Shown: positions 25,450 to 38,281, numbered from the whole stretch's first letter. The stretch is 62,857 nt of DNA, filler included, from Basidiobolus meristosporus CBS 931.73 (GCA_002104905.1; 3 parts of 3 records of this genome joined end to end with filler, not necessarily neighbours in it), one strand, 5' to 3'. Numbers and translations are program-made. The notes: generated from the sequence alone by a model not told the origin.

Positions 25450-28155
25450 CTTGTGCATGACAGGTGGTAGTGAAAGAAATATGAATCTTGTATTGTGAGC
25501 AAAGTTCCTGGATCATATTTGAAGTCATTTCTCCTTGGTCAGCAACAAACTTGCTGATGCAGCCAAATCTGCATACTATATCAAGAATAAATCTCCATAT
25601 TGTGTGGCTTTTGTTTTTGGACAGAGCTTGAGCTTCTACCCATCCACTCAGATCATCTCTGGCAACAGCTAGGTACTTCTTGGTTCCAGCAGTTGGCATG
25701 TGGACCAGGTTGATGCCAACCTTCTGCCATAGGCAAGGTGTGTAGGTTGGATAGAGCAGCTCATCATATCTCTTGGTTGACCTTCTTTGGCAAATGTCAC
25801 AAGATTCAACAAAGTATTGGACATCATGATATATATGCTCCCAGTAATATCTACTGGAAATAATATTGTAAGTGGCATCTCTTCCTCTATGACCACCAGG
25901 TCTTCCTTCATGAAGGCTTGACATAATAGTCAGTTGTTCCTGGCGCTCAACTATAACTCTCCTTGGTGTCTGTCCAGGCTTTACTTATTTGAAGAGGAGG
26001 CCATCCTTTATGTAGAAATGATGGGCCTTCTTCCTGAGCTTTCTGATATCATGTGGGCTCATTCCTGGTGGCTTCTCTAAGGTTCTCAGATAGTCTTGAA
26101 TGGTGTTCCATATAGAGTTGCTGGGCTTCTTCACATGTAGTTGTTGAATTTCTGCACCAATTATGTCATCAAAGTCAGGGTCCATATCTTCAGACAACTG
26201 TGGTCCCTTCCTGGAGAGTGCATTGGCCACAAAATTTGTCTTGCCAGGGATACGTCTGACCTCAAAGTCAAGCATTTTCAGCCATGCCATCCACCAATTT
26301 GTGGCATTGTCAGGTAGGTCAGGCTTGTTGACCATTCCTACAAGTGACTTGGCATCTGTCTCTAGGACAAAATGTGTCATGTAGAGTTGTGACTTCAGCG
26401 TCCTCAGCATCTTCACAACTCCTAGTAGCGCTCTCTTAATCTGTGAGTATCTTTGTTTTCTAGGAGAGAAGAGGCAGCTCTCATATCTGCAGGCATAGCG
26501 TTTGCCATCTTCATCATCTTGGCCAAGTAGTGCTCCAGCTCCTATAGGGCTTGCATCCACTGTCAAGATAGGTGGGCATTCAGTGTTCTGATAGTCAAGA
26601 GGTCTTAGACCTGGTGGAGATACCAAGGCCTCTTTTAGTAATTGCATGGCTTCTTCTTGCTCTTCTCCCCAGATAAATAGGGTATTCTTTCTCTGTAGTT
26701 GGTAGATTAATTCTGCTATCTCAGAAAATCTTGGGATCCAGATCCTAAAGAACCCACAAGCTGCCACAAAGCCACAAGCTTGTGTTAGATTTGTGGGGGT
26801 AGGCCAGTTGCATATTTTTTGTGTCTTGGAGTCTCCAGGTGAGCAACCAAAGGTATTGCATTTTTGTCCAACAATGGATATCTTGGATACACCAAAGCTG
26901 CTTTTCTCACCACTGATGGTGAATCCAGCTTCTTCAATGGCTACTAATATGGCATCATTGTCTGAAATATGGCCATAGACAAACTTTCTTACTCCAGGTA
27001 TAACTTCAGTTGTGTCCCGGAGTTTTGGTCCTTTGATGCCTATGTCATCAACAAAGACAGCAAGTTTCTCAGGTATAAACTGTTAGAGCACATTCACCAT
27101 GCATCTCTGGAAGTGAGCCACAGAGCTTGTGGCCCCTTGGCTGAGTCTTGTTGTTCTTAACAGTCCAAATGGTGTCTGGAGTGCCAACATATCTCTTGAT
27201 GTCTCATCTAGGGGGATCTGGTCATATCCTGAGTAGAGATCATATGTTGAGTGGATGGAGTGACCACTAAAGCTCTCTGCAAAGTCATCAATAGATGGAG
27301 GTATTGCAGCATCTCTGAAAGTGACAGCATTTGCAGATTGCATGTCTTGAATGAATCAGAGCTTTCCATTCTTCTTTTTGGTCACAAACCATCTGCTAGC
27401 ATAAGGTTCATGGCAAGGTTCTAGGATACCAGCTTCTATCTTCTTCTTAAGTAGGTCATGAACATTAGCTTGGAGTCCTCTAAGCAGTGGGTAAGGCTTA
27501 AATGACCAGGGTGTGTGGGGCACTGTATGAATCTTGATAGGTTTTTCAACCAATGTCCTTAAGAGTCCCATCTCCTTGTTGTTATATGAGAAAACCTATC
27601 ATGTCTTTTCAGGGTTTCTTCAAATAATAAGATCTCCTCCAGTGTTAGGTATCCATCACCAATGATAAGTTGCTCAAGTCTCTCAGGTGTAAGTTGTATA
27701 TCTTCTGGTGTTTCTTCTGGTGGTCTGATGTAATCAGCAGGTCAAGATCCATCAGTCAAAGGTGTAAGTGATGGACTAATCTTCTGTTCTACTGTCTTGT
27801 ATTTTGTGCAAACCATAGCTGTCTGCTCCTGTATACCTAATGAGCAGCTCTAAATGTTGGGGTGTGTATTGTCAGGCTCCTCATCTTCTTCCATGACAAG
27901 ATGTGTCTTCTGGCAAGCAGTATGTGTCCTCTTATTGTTGGGTGTTACACCACAGAAGGTTGACTGTAGTCCTGGGTTGGATCCTTGTATGTTGTACCAT
28001 ACTGACCCATTAGAATAGTTGGTAGTTGCAGCCTTAGTACTGGTTTCCCATGGCCTACCTAGCAGAAGGTCAAAGTTTGCCTTCTGGCAGATGAAGAGGG
28101 GAAGCCAGACCTTGATTCCTTGTACCTCAATAGGGAACTTGTGCACTACACCGTA
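25450..28155 (-). mobile_element. Ty3/gypsy D1 internal region (part of PR, RT, RH, INT), gag absent
   Basis: IDDFAESFSG...DLYSGYDQI, TVDASPIG, LETDAKSL, HEGRPGGHRGRDATY...CDICQ, WVEAQA. Inverted homologue of 49755-51770. Confidence 0.94.
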
Positions 28156-28444
28156 GTCATCTCTGATCTCCAAAACTCATTTGAGGACTGTTTAGGGGCT
28201 CTTTTACAGTCTAGGGCTTATCAAATTTGACAGAATAGCATAGAGTAAGCTTATACCCTCCTTGATATAGTAACTTGGGCAATGTCTAATCCTATTAGAT
28301 CCCCACAAGCATTATCATACTTGGATTACATCTAACTTTCAGCTGGTGTTCAGCTAGTAGTCCAATGATATTTGGCTGGTACTGAACTTGTATCTCTCAT
28401 TCAAATTTGTAGTAGCAATTTTGGGTCATAGTAGTGGGTTATCA

Positions 28445-29010
28445 GCAGGTAACAGTGATCATACCAATCAACAAGTTGGTATATTGATAAAAGGGATGAT
28501 TATTTATTGCTTAGGGATTACCTCCCTTATATACTTTTCTCACTGGCAAAGTGATTACTAATCACGGTGTTCCAGAAGGTTCTGAAGGTCAACTAGAAAT
28601 CTTAATGAAATCAGAATGGGCTAAGAATGTTCTAAGTAGGTGCTGAAAGGTTGTAAGAGGCATAGCACACCCAACCAATCAGGAATCAGTATTCTGAAAC
28701 CTGTGCAAGATAGGGATACCATATATGGTCTGGAAATGCTAGGGATTGTGGCGTGGATTTGGTATGCATTATGGGTATTGGCACAAATACCTGCCTAACT
28801 GAGAAGCACTCACATCAAGTAATCTTACATAAGGTGCAGTATAACCAATGCTATAAGGTGAGCCAGTGTAATAGTCAGCTGGCTTATGGGATAGTACGGA
28901 TCAAGTAAGACAAATGGGATAAAACTAATACAGAAGTAGTTGAAAAAAAGGGAAGTAGAAATATGGGAATGAGCACATCTGTCAGTGGGCATCACTGTGA
29001 CCTCACTACA
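28445..29010 (-). repeat. Partial 5' LTR of D1
   Basis: Reverse complement aligns with 47001-47565, starting TGTAGTG(A/G)GG. Confidence 0.85.
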
Positions 29011-31240
29011 CCTTTACAAGCAGGGCCTAAAGCTCCAAACAAGAATCTAAGAGACATAAGGTAGCTGGAAAAGTGCCAATTAGAGAAATGCAGGCAGACA
29101 CAGAAGCACCAGCACAACATTTAACTAGGAAAAAATGTAGTGCCACTCAAGATGCACTCAGAAAAATTAGTTGTGTAAAACCTGGCAGTAATGAAGGAAG
29201 ATGTACAGGGAAAAAGTCCACTCAAGCCAGAGACATGTAAGTGTGAGAAAATTCCTGCAGTTCTTGCCAATCAATGCTGTATGCCCACAACAAACTGAAT
29301 CCCATCATAGCCAAGAAGTATTACCAACAAGAAAACAGCTGTTTGCACAAGTGTTGGAAGCACAGCCAGTTGAGCTACACTCCAGTGGTGTAGATGAGTA
29401 TGCAGAGAAAGGCAATTGGTCTACCACAGCCTCCACATCCTCAATTGCTGACAGAGTGAAGATCCCACCAGCAGACCAAGTAACAACATCTGGAGCTCAA
29501 AAAGTCATCATAATGCCTTCAGTGAAATTTGGAACACTGATAGGCACACCAAGAGGTTAGAGCACTTCTTCAAGAGCAGTGCTCAAGAACACACACCTGA
29601 ATATTGCAACAACTTATTGCAAAGACTGGCAGATGAAGTGTAAAACCTTGCAGTGCTGGCTGAAGACCAGGATATATGGGAACCAGTGAATGAACAGTGG
29701 CATAAAGCTGCACAGTTCCTGCCAAAGTCATCAAAACAGAGTGCTACAGCAGAAATACTAGTTGTATAGTGGCTTGTAATGGAGTTACTTGTTGTGTTTG
29801 GGGTTAGGCCTAAAATTGGTGTAGCTTATAGGGACTTGAATAGGTCAGTCCAATTGGTTATTGAGGTACAACTGAAGTTTCAATTGAAATAAGTAAACTT
29901 GTCTGCATGGAAAATATGATTAATGGTTGAGTCAGGAAGTAAAGAGTGTAAGAAAGAGGTAATAGCTAATAAATGCACACAAGTGTAGGAGGTGATACAG
30001 TGTCCAAGATCAGAAAGTGAGTCAATTGGCCAAGAACTAGTTGAAAGCCACTTGTGTATTCTGGTTATGAGAAATTTTGACCAAGTTTTTTGTGAAATTT
30101 GGGATACAATTATTTTTTAACAGTCTTTACACAGTATCAGGATGGGATCAATACCTCTTAGCTGCAGGACTTTAAACTTGTGATGACTATATAACAGGAT
30201 CATAACAATGATTTTTTGTAAGGAGTGTATCCTATAATCTATACTAGACTTGTTTCATTGTACCATGACAGGGTGCATGGCACAATCTGTGGTTGCAAAG
30301 AGCAATTGGGTGTCATATTGTGGCTACTAGTAGGAAGGATTGCTCTTGTACAATTTTGCACTATGTGGAACAATCTTGCACACTATGGCACAATCTGACA
30401 CAATAAGATTAGCAAGGAAGATTGCACCAACTGGTAATGTCTGCATCACATGTGCATTGAATACCACTATTGTGGTAGGTAAAATTGTAGCTAGCAGTAG
30501 GCAGGATTGCTCTTAAACAATTTTGCAACATGTGGGACAATCTTGAATACTATGGCACAATCTAGCACAATGTGGATGGCACAAATGATCACGCCAACTT
30601 GTAATATTTGCATCATGAATGTAATTGGATACTGCTATTATGGTTGGTAAAATCTGATATTTGATTATGTTTCTTGATTGTAAATGGAAATAAATGCATA
30701 TCACACTATAAACTACACTGATAATACTATTTTGGTTACAATCTCTCCAATTGGATGGTATATTGGTGTATGATTGGCCCAATATATCCCAAAGCTCTTA
30801 GCCCCCAGTTGGCTCTTTGACCAATACACAAGCTACCTGGTTAGCCATCAAATATTGCATTTTGCCCATTAAGCAAGAATATCCCTAATGCTAGTGATTG
30901 GACAAGGTGACATAGCTAGCTTGCAACCAATTGTATAGGTGCAAACCCAACCAAATGGCTCCTCTGGTGCCACAGATGATGTATACATATTTGGGGTGTT
31001 TATTTATAGGGGCCCTGTCTCAAATATGAGTCAACCATAATATTGCTTATATTAAAAATTTAGTGATCATTGATTTGCAATGGCTTGATGTGGATCTCAA
31101 AAAAAATGCACTCTTTGGATCATGACAAATAATAGCAATTCAATACAATTGCATCCTCTTTGCCTGGGTTTTTTTCTCACAGGAATTACTACTGAAGCAT
31201 TTGGTAGTGATTCACTTTGCACATCTAAGCTACTTTCTTG

Positions 31241-32417
31241 TTAACTATCCTCTTGACTACTTGTGTATTTGTAGTCAGTATATTGCTTCCTAGTTGGTGT
31301 GTGCAATGCTGCAGTGTAGCCATATTGAGTTGCTCCAGATGATGCAACTGAGCCAGCTTGCAGTACTACGCACTGATGTGTTCTTTTACTTGCCAAAGGG
31401 TCTGGTGGTGGAGGCACTTCATGTGGGTCATAATCAGTCAGTTCACCAGAAGAAACTTGCTGATGGTCTAGTGTAATGGCATGCTCAGATGCAACCTGAT
31501 GCACTTGCATGGCCCTTAGCTGAGTTTAATGTGATGCCGCTTGTTTATGCAACTTGGCCTGATCCAATGGACCTGTATCTAAATGAGCAGTTTGGCAAGT
31601 TCTGGTGGTTTTGCTCTGAAGCAAACGCATTGACCCAACATGTATTGACTTGTTGCAGGGTGCTCTTGTGAAGGGTGTTGGCATGGTTTAGACTGATGTG
31701 CGCCAGCATGCTGATGTTGCAAGGGATGGTAAGGAATCCAGCAAGGAGTGCTGGCGGTGATCTGGACACTGTTGCTTGCGGTCTGTATTCTTCCTCTTGA
31801 AGCTCACCTTCTGATTCCTCAAGGTATTCACTTACCCTCAGTCTGATACTTTGGAACTGTTGCCTGGATGAGTCTTGTGTATATTGCTCTCAGAAGCCAC
31901 TTAGCTCTACTAATATATCATGGAGTACATTAGTCATTTGAGGCACAAACTCATTCAAAATCTCTTTGGTTGCAAAAGTCAAGGCACAAATAGATGCATC
32001 CAGCCCATACTGAGCAAACTGTGTGCAAAATTGTTCCTGTGCAGCTTCCTCATCAAATCCCCTCACTCTCAACTCATTCTTGACTTCAAAACTTGTCTTG
32101 TTATATATCTGCATACATACACCCACTAACATCTTGAAGCAGTACTCATGCCACAGCTTTCTACTCAGGTTCTTCCATCTCTGTTGACTCTCCAAGTTAT
32201 CTAGTTCTGCTAGATTGATGAGTACTGCCCAAATATCTGTTTGAAGGCTCATTGTAGACACTTGGGCCATACTGAAATCATATGGCAAGAACTTTAATGG
32301 ATCCAACATTGACTTTACCGGTCCAGACTCTGCTTGTGAGCTGGGGGGTGCGTTTTGTCTGGGTTGTACTAAGGATGAGTTGAGACTTGGTATAGGGACC
32401 AAAGTGACAGATTTCAA
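31241..32417 (-). pseudogene. Partner ORF of the PHIS element (~390 codons, two stops and one frame break), weak Myb/SANT/MADF-like motif
   Basis: The 175-aa frame continues in frame through a TGA at 31890 into QQFQSIRLRVSEYLEESEGELQEEEY and ORF 31545-31769. Motif DIWAVLINL...QQRWKNLSRKLWHEY. Confidence 0.55.
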
Positions 32418-32576
32418 TATTTATATAGTAGTGTATTGGCATCAACCTGGTCTTATATGAAATATATATGAAAACTAATGTTATTGTTGAATTTTCCATA
32501 TATTGTGCATGATGCTTCTTGGATTACATTGACACAGAGCAGATCACATCAGTTGCATATTTCTTATTTGATTATA

Positions 32577-33300
32577 AGAATTGTTCTGTTGGATAGTGCC
32601 ACATTGACACATGAGTGCCAAATGATGCCATTGTGTTCCAGAGAGACCAAGTGAACCTATACTTGGCCACAGAGTTTGAAACATAGCTCTGCATCTTCAT
32701 GCAAAGCAGCCCCTGTGTTTCACCTAAGATTCAGGAGGAAATCCATTTTTTGACGTTTTTTGTGTATCAATGTTGTGCAGGATGTGTAAGTGCACAAAAG
32801 GATTGAAGATATGGATCTAGTACTCTATACCCATGGCACTCTGAATCTAGCTCCTGTGGCTTGTAACATGTCACAAATTTGCATGGCACTATCTTGGTCC
32901 ACTGGTACTATCTGACACAATATTTAATTATTAGCCCTAAAGTAAGATCAATTAAAAGCACTTATAGTGCCAGATAATACCAGTGGACCAAGATAGTGCC
33001 ATGCATTTTTGTGACATGTTACAAGCCACAGGAGCTGGAGTTTGAGTGCCATGGGTATTGAGTACCTGATGCATATCTTCAATCCTTTGGTGCACTTATA
33101 CATCCTGCACAACATTGACCTAAAAATAAGGTCAAAAAGTGGATTTTCTCCAATACAATGCCTGAAACACAAGGGCTGCTTAGCATGAAGATGCAGAGCT
33201 ATGCTGCACATGCTGTAGCCATGTAAGGCTCACTTGGCCTTCCTGGCACACTATGGCATCATTCATGGCTCACTGTGGTACTATCCAATGGAATAAGTCT
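32577..33300. mobile_element. 724-bp fold-back MITE with ~335-bp inverted arms, ~50-bp spacer and ATA on both flanks
   Basis: 32577-32912 is the reverse complement of 32967-33300. The ends match the PHIS termini. Confidence 0.88.
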
Positions 33301-33487
33301 ATAGACATGTGAGTAAAACATCAATCAAACTACCAAGTCATTGTTTGAGGATGATATTTGTGAAATAATGATTGGGTACATGGCAATTGATGGGGATTTA
33401 ATCATAGTGCATGGGAAATCAGATAAATAAAGTTGATTGTGTCAAATCAATTCAAATCACCTCAGCCCAATCATCCACTAATTTAAT

Positions 33488-34373
33488 ATGACTTACCCAT
33501 CTGAATGGTCTTTTCTCATCAATCCCTTCACTACCACTGGATTTCCTTTTGACACACTAGAGGAGATCTATACCAAGTACTGTGGACCATCTACCCCAAT
33601 CTACTCAAGGTGATCCCTTGTTAAGCTTCTCTGCTATTACAAGAAACTATTGCCCCACTAGGTTTCATCCCACCATCCATGGCAACAAAAGTCCTAGAAG
33701 TTTTCATTCCCAGCTGACAGCAATGGGGAACCACCATGTAGAGGGTAAGAATGACCTAGAGCAAGCTTGGAGTACTAGGTTCAGAAGCTCCAATAGACTT
33801 TCATATCCCAGAATGTTCAATAACAGGTTCTACTTAAGGAGTATTTTGGGTACCTTCCCAGTCAGGATTAACAGACCTTCTAGAGGGCAGAGGTACTTTT
33901 ATTCTGGCAAGTACAAGGCTAACTGTGTGAAGTTTCAAGCACTGTCTGACATTGAGGTTAACATCATCTGGTTCAGTGGGCCATTTGCTGGAAGTAGGCA
34001 CAACAAAGCACTCTGGGTAGAGAATTGTCCCAAATTCAGTAGAGGGGAGAAATGTATGGCAGACTTAGCTTATATAGGAGAGGATTGTCAGAGATTAGGA
34101 TGTATTATAGCTTATAGAAAGCCAAAGAATGGTGTGCTTTGCAGGAAGCAGAAGCTCTACAATCAGATATTTAATCATTTTAGAGAGAGCGTAGAGCATA
34201 CAATTGGATATCTAAAGAGGTTCAGCATATTGGCAGGTAAATACAAAGCAAAGTCATGTATAAGAGAAAACAGCAGAATAGGTAAAATAATTAAGATATT
34301 TATCAATGCACAATACATTCACACAGGAAGACATCTACAGAGAGAAATGTGTCTGGAGCATTATGAAGAGTAA
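33488..34373 (+). pseudogene. DDE_Tnp_4-type (PIF/Harbinger/IS5-like) transposase with a stop and a frameshift near the N-terminus
   Basis: GTFPVRINRP...YSGKYK...KFQ...GPFAGSRHN...ADLAYIG...YNQIFNHFRESVEHTIGYLKRFSIL. Probable start ATG at 33488 (MTYPSEW), frame break near 33640. Confidence 0.88.
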
Positions 34374-34529
34374 ACAAAGCAAGGAAAGCGCTACCCTGAG
34401 CAATGTAAGTAAGATTTAGCAAAATTACCAGTAACTATATCCAACCATAGGCAATATGCTAGAAATTATAGTGCCAGATGGTGCCATAGAGTGCCAGATC
34501 AATCTGGCACTATCCAACAAAACAAGTCT

Positions 34530-37500
34530 AGTTGATTACATCATCATCACCCAATAAGATTCTGTTCAATATATGTATTTCTGTCTGATAAGGATCTGCT
34601 GATTCATTTGCCAACCAATGCTACTGATTTGATTGATAACCTGATATAATGATAGGCTAAACATAAAACTCTATGGATTTGACTAAAACAGATCTGACTT
34701 AAATATTCAAGTGGTAGATCATAACATTCTGCCTACTAAAGTTGAGAGGGTTCTCTTGAATCTCTTTTCTTGTGAGACCCATATCTCAATGGTTTTGTAT
34801 TGTTGCCAAGTCTTTTAAGCTTGAGTCTGTCTCTACAAGCTAGATCTTCCTAGATATTTCCTTGATTGTCCACAAGTTGGTAAGTTGCAAATGGACACTC
34901 TCAGATGTTCTTGAATGGTCCTGTCTACTGTGGCTCAAACTGCTTTTGAGTGTTGTTTCCCAGCATTACAGAGTTCCAAACTGCCAATGATTCTGGTGAT
35001 GTAGTCTTATCCGATCTCTGCTTCATCTTTTCTGCACCTTGAGATACTGTGGCATATGCCTCTTGACGTCTTTGTTCCAGCTGCTGGTGTCTGCTTTGTT
35101 TACTGAGCTCATCTTCTAAGGCATTTGTAAGCTCTGGTTTTGTGTGATATCCTAGATTCCTTGGTTCACATCCTTACACTAAGTAAAATGGCAATTGCTG
35201 GGTGGTGTTGTACACTCTAACTCTGCAGGCAAAAGTGTTTGGTCTAAATACCCATCCCATCTACTGACAGCTTCATTTGCATACTTGGTCAGCATTTTTC
35301 TAAATAATCCATTCAGCCACTGAGTCACTCCATTTTTTCTAAGAAGATATGCTGAGGTTCTCGGTGATTGATCTGCTGCACTTCAAGGTACGTTTTCAAT
35401 GTCTTTGCAATAAAGTTTACTCCTCCATTAGATAAAATCTCTACATGGGATCCAAACTTTATAAGGATTGCATGGCTGATGCAACTTTCAACTTTTTGCT
35501 CACTGACTACATGTACCACTTTAGTCACTGGCCATTTAATAGCATGATCAATTGCTACAAGGATCCAATAGTTGCATTTCCTGGTGGGTGTCAGTCTTCC
35601 AAAATAGTCAATTCCCAATCTTGTAAATGGTCCCACACGCTTTGCTGGAAAGAGTTCAGCAATTCTCAGCAGTTGGCCCTGGTTGATTGGGCAATTTGGG
35701 CATGCTTTCACTAGCTGCTGAATATCTTGTTTGATTCTAGGCCACCATGCTCCAGCCATCACAATGCTATAGGTTCCTTCAATTCCAAGATGTCCATATC
35801 CATTGTGTAGCTTATGTATTAAATACAGTCAAGCAACATAAGGGCAATAGGCAATAGGGCTTCCATCAACAATTAGGCAAAGTGTTTCATCCTGTACTAC
35901 AAATTTGCTGGCTTCATCCTGGATTATCTTCTTGATCTCTTCATCAACCTCATTAGGAATGGCTTGGTCCTTCAAGTACTTTGATAATAGTCTAGGCTAA
36001 TCTGGTTCATGCCCCAAGTTGAGTTGTACAACTTGGTCTAATCTTGATAAGGCATCATCAACCGTGTTGTTTTTCCCAAGGCAGTAGACAATCTTCAAGT
36101 CAATTTGCGGAATGTATTCTCTCCATCTTGGCTTTCTTCTGCATGGTACCTTATGAGTAAACAAACACTTGAGTAAGGCATGATTATTCTTCACAGAGTA
36201 CTTGACTCTTGCAATATAGCATCTCTATGACTTCAAGCAGTGTATTATGGCAAACACCTCCTTCTCATGCACTAGATAGTTTTATTCCACTGAGTTCAGT
36301 TTCATGGACTCAAAAGCAACTGGGTAGTTCTTTTCCTCATGTTCTTAGGTCAGTACTCCACCAATTGTATGGTCTGAAGCATCTGTGCACAGAGTAAACT
36401 ATTTTTTGATGTCTGGGATTCTTAAGCTGTGTAGCTTAACAAGTTCATTCTTGAGTGTCTGAAAGGCAGTCTCACAGGCTGTGTCCCACTTCTTGGTGTT
36501 TTCTTTCTTGAGAATATCAATCAAAGGGGCTGCAATACTTGCAAAGGGCTTGACAAATCTCAAATAATAGGAAACCATACCAAGGAACAATCTGAGTTCC
36601 AATATGCTATGGGGCTGCTTCAGATTCTTGATGACTTCAACCTTCTTAGGGTCTAAGGTCACTCCTGTGCTAGTCACTATATGTCCCAGGTATTCATTTT
36701 CAATGTGCACCAAGTGTTTGTCTTCTGTCTTGCTATATGTCAACATGTTATCTAGGTAAATTACCACAAACCTATCTAAGTGCTCCTGCAAGACTGTTGG
36801 CATCAGGTCATTAATGTTGCAGGGACATTGGTGAGGCCAAAACTCATGACTATGTACTTGTAGTGTCCATATCTGGTCCTGAATGCTGTCTTAGGGATTT
36901 TGTTGTTGTAAAAATTTGTAATTCCACCTAAATATTCACCTAACTTAGTCACTTAGATCATCACCTTCAAATCCTAGAGAATACTGACCAAATTCCTTGT
37001 TGGGATTCACTTAGAATATTTTCACCAAAATACGGGGTACCCAGAACATGAAAATTCTCAAAGTTGACCAAACAGCCCCAAACTTTGCACACATGTTCTT
37101 GGGACCTTCCTTAGCCTATTCTATGTGTTTGTAATGCCAAGACCAGGTAAAAGTATAAATACTACTTTTACATTCAATAAATTGTTAAGTGAAAACCACA
37201 TAATCTACTTGTTCTCCAAATCACTTCCAATATCTCCAAGACTCTTACAACAGTTGTTTGGCTTCACCCTAATCCGGTTGCATCATCATATGAGAGCAAT
37301 CCTGCTGAATACTGTAGCTCAATTGAGATGGTCAATAGCACCTCAATCCAAGGTATGGGGTAAATATTCTTCATGATAACTGAGCTGAGGGCTCTGTAGT
37401 CAATGCATATCTTAAGTGTTCCATCCTTCTTTTTCACAAACAGTACTGGTGCTCCCCAAGGTGACTTGGTGGGTCTGATATACCCATGCTTCAATAACAG

Positions 37501-38110
37501 ATTTATTTGTCTCTTCATCTCTTCCAACTCCAACAGACTCAATCTCTAAGGTGTCTTACTCACTGGGGGACTATCTCCTGTGTTGATTGCAAGATCCACA
37601 ACTCTGAATAGAGGTAGGCTAACAAGTTCATCTGGAAACACATCTGGATATTTCTTCAGAAGTGTCTAACCTTCTGAGGTGCTGGAGTAGAAGAATCCTC
37701 CTGTAATACTGCCATGAGGAACATCTGGGTACCTTTTCTAAGTGCTCTACAGAACTCTGTCTTGCTGGGCAAGATCTAAGTCTTCTGCAAGTGCATCCCC
37801 CATGTTACTATGCTCAAGGACTTTAATATGGCTGAGGTTCTAGATGACTAGTATTCATTTCTTCTCAGAGGGCAGTACTTGGCAATATGTCTTTGCTGGT
37901 GGCAACTAAAGCAAAGTACTTTCTTCTTATATTCTTCCAAGGTGGGATTCTTCTGCATAGCATCTATTTCCATTGGTGCTGATTCTGATTGTCATCTTTC
38001 ATAGTGATATAATCCATCAATATACTGGAGAACCCATGCTACTCAGATCCAGAAGGACAACAAGACCTATGAACATTTACCTGCCAGTCCAGATTCCAAC
38101 TTTGTCAATT
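34530..38110 (-). mobile_element. Ty3/gypsy C2 (gag, RT, RH, INT, partial 3' LTR 34530-34726), protease deleted, decayed
   Basis: PMEID plus CFSCHQQRHIAKYC knuckle, [23 protein letters not shown]. The integrase and LTR are collinear with 43190-44667. Confidence 0.9.
36904..37252 (+). repeat. Solo LTR of copia family A inside the C2 RT
   Basis: 349 bp TG...CA, flanks TTTGT and GTTGT (4/5 match). RT reads continuously when it is removed. Confidence 0.95.
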
Positions 38111-38114
38111 CTGA

Positions 38115-38281
38115 TGTGTGTGACACAAGTGAGCTTAGCAAGTCACAGCTCTCTAGTGCACTTAGAAAAGGTACCCAGATATTCCTTGCAGTGGTATCAC
38201 AGGAGGACTTCTCCACTCCAGTACCCCAGAAGGTACCAACTCTCTTGAAGGAATTACCAGAAGCATTTCTAGATGAGCTTA
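38115..38281 (+). pseudogene. Short family C pre-RT linker fragment in the opposite orientation
   Basis: SKSQLSSALRKGTQIFLAVV...EAFLDEL. Matches the reverse complement of 37625-37770. Confidence 0.75.

Larger units (their letters stand above)
30246..34529. mobile_element. Candidate PIF/Harbinger-superfamily (PHIS) DNA transposon with two divergent frames
   Basis: Inverted ends AGACTTGTTTCATTG (30246) and CAACAAAACAAGTCT (34529). Subterminal TGGCAC/GTGCCA motifs on both sides. Encloses a DDE transposase and a partner frame. The flanks ACT and AGT do not form an identical duplication. Confidence 0.68.
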
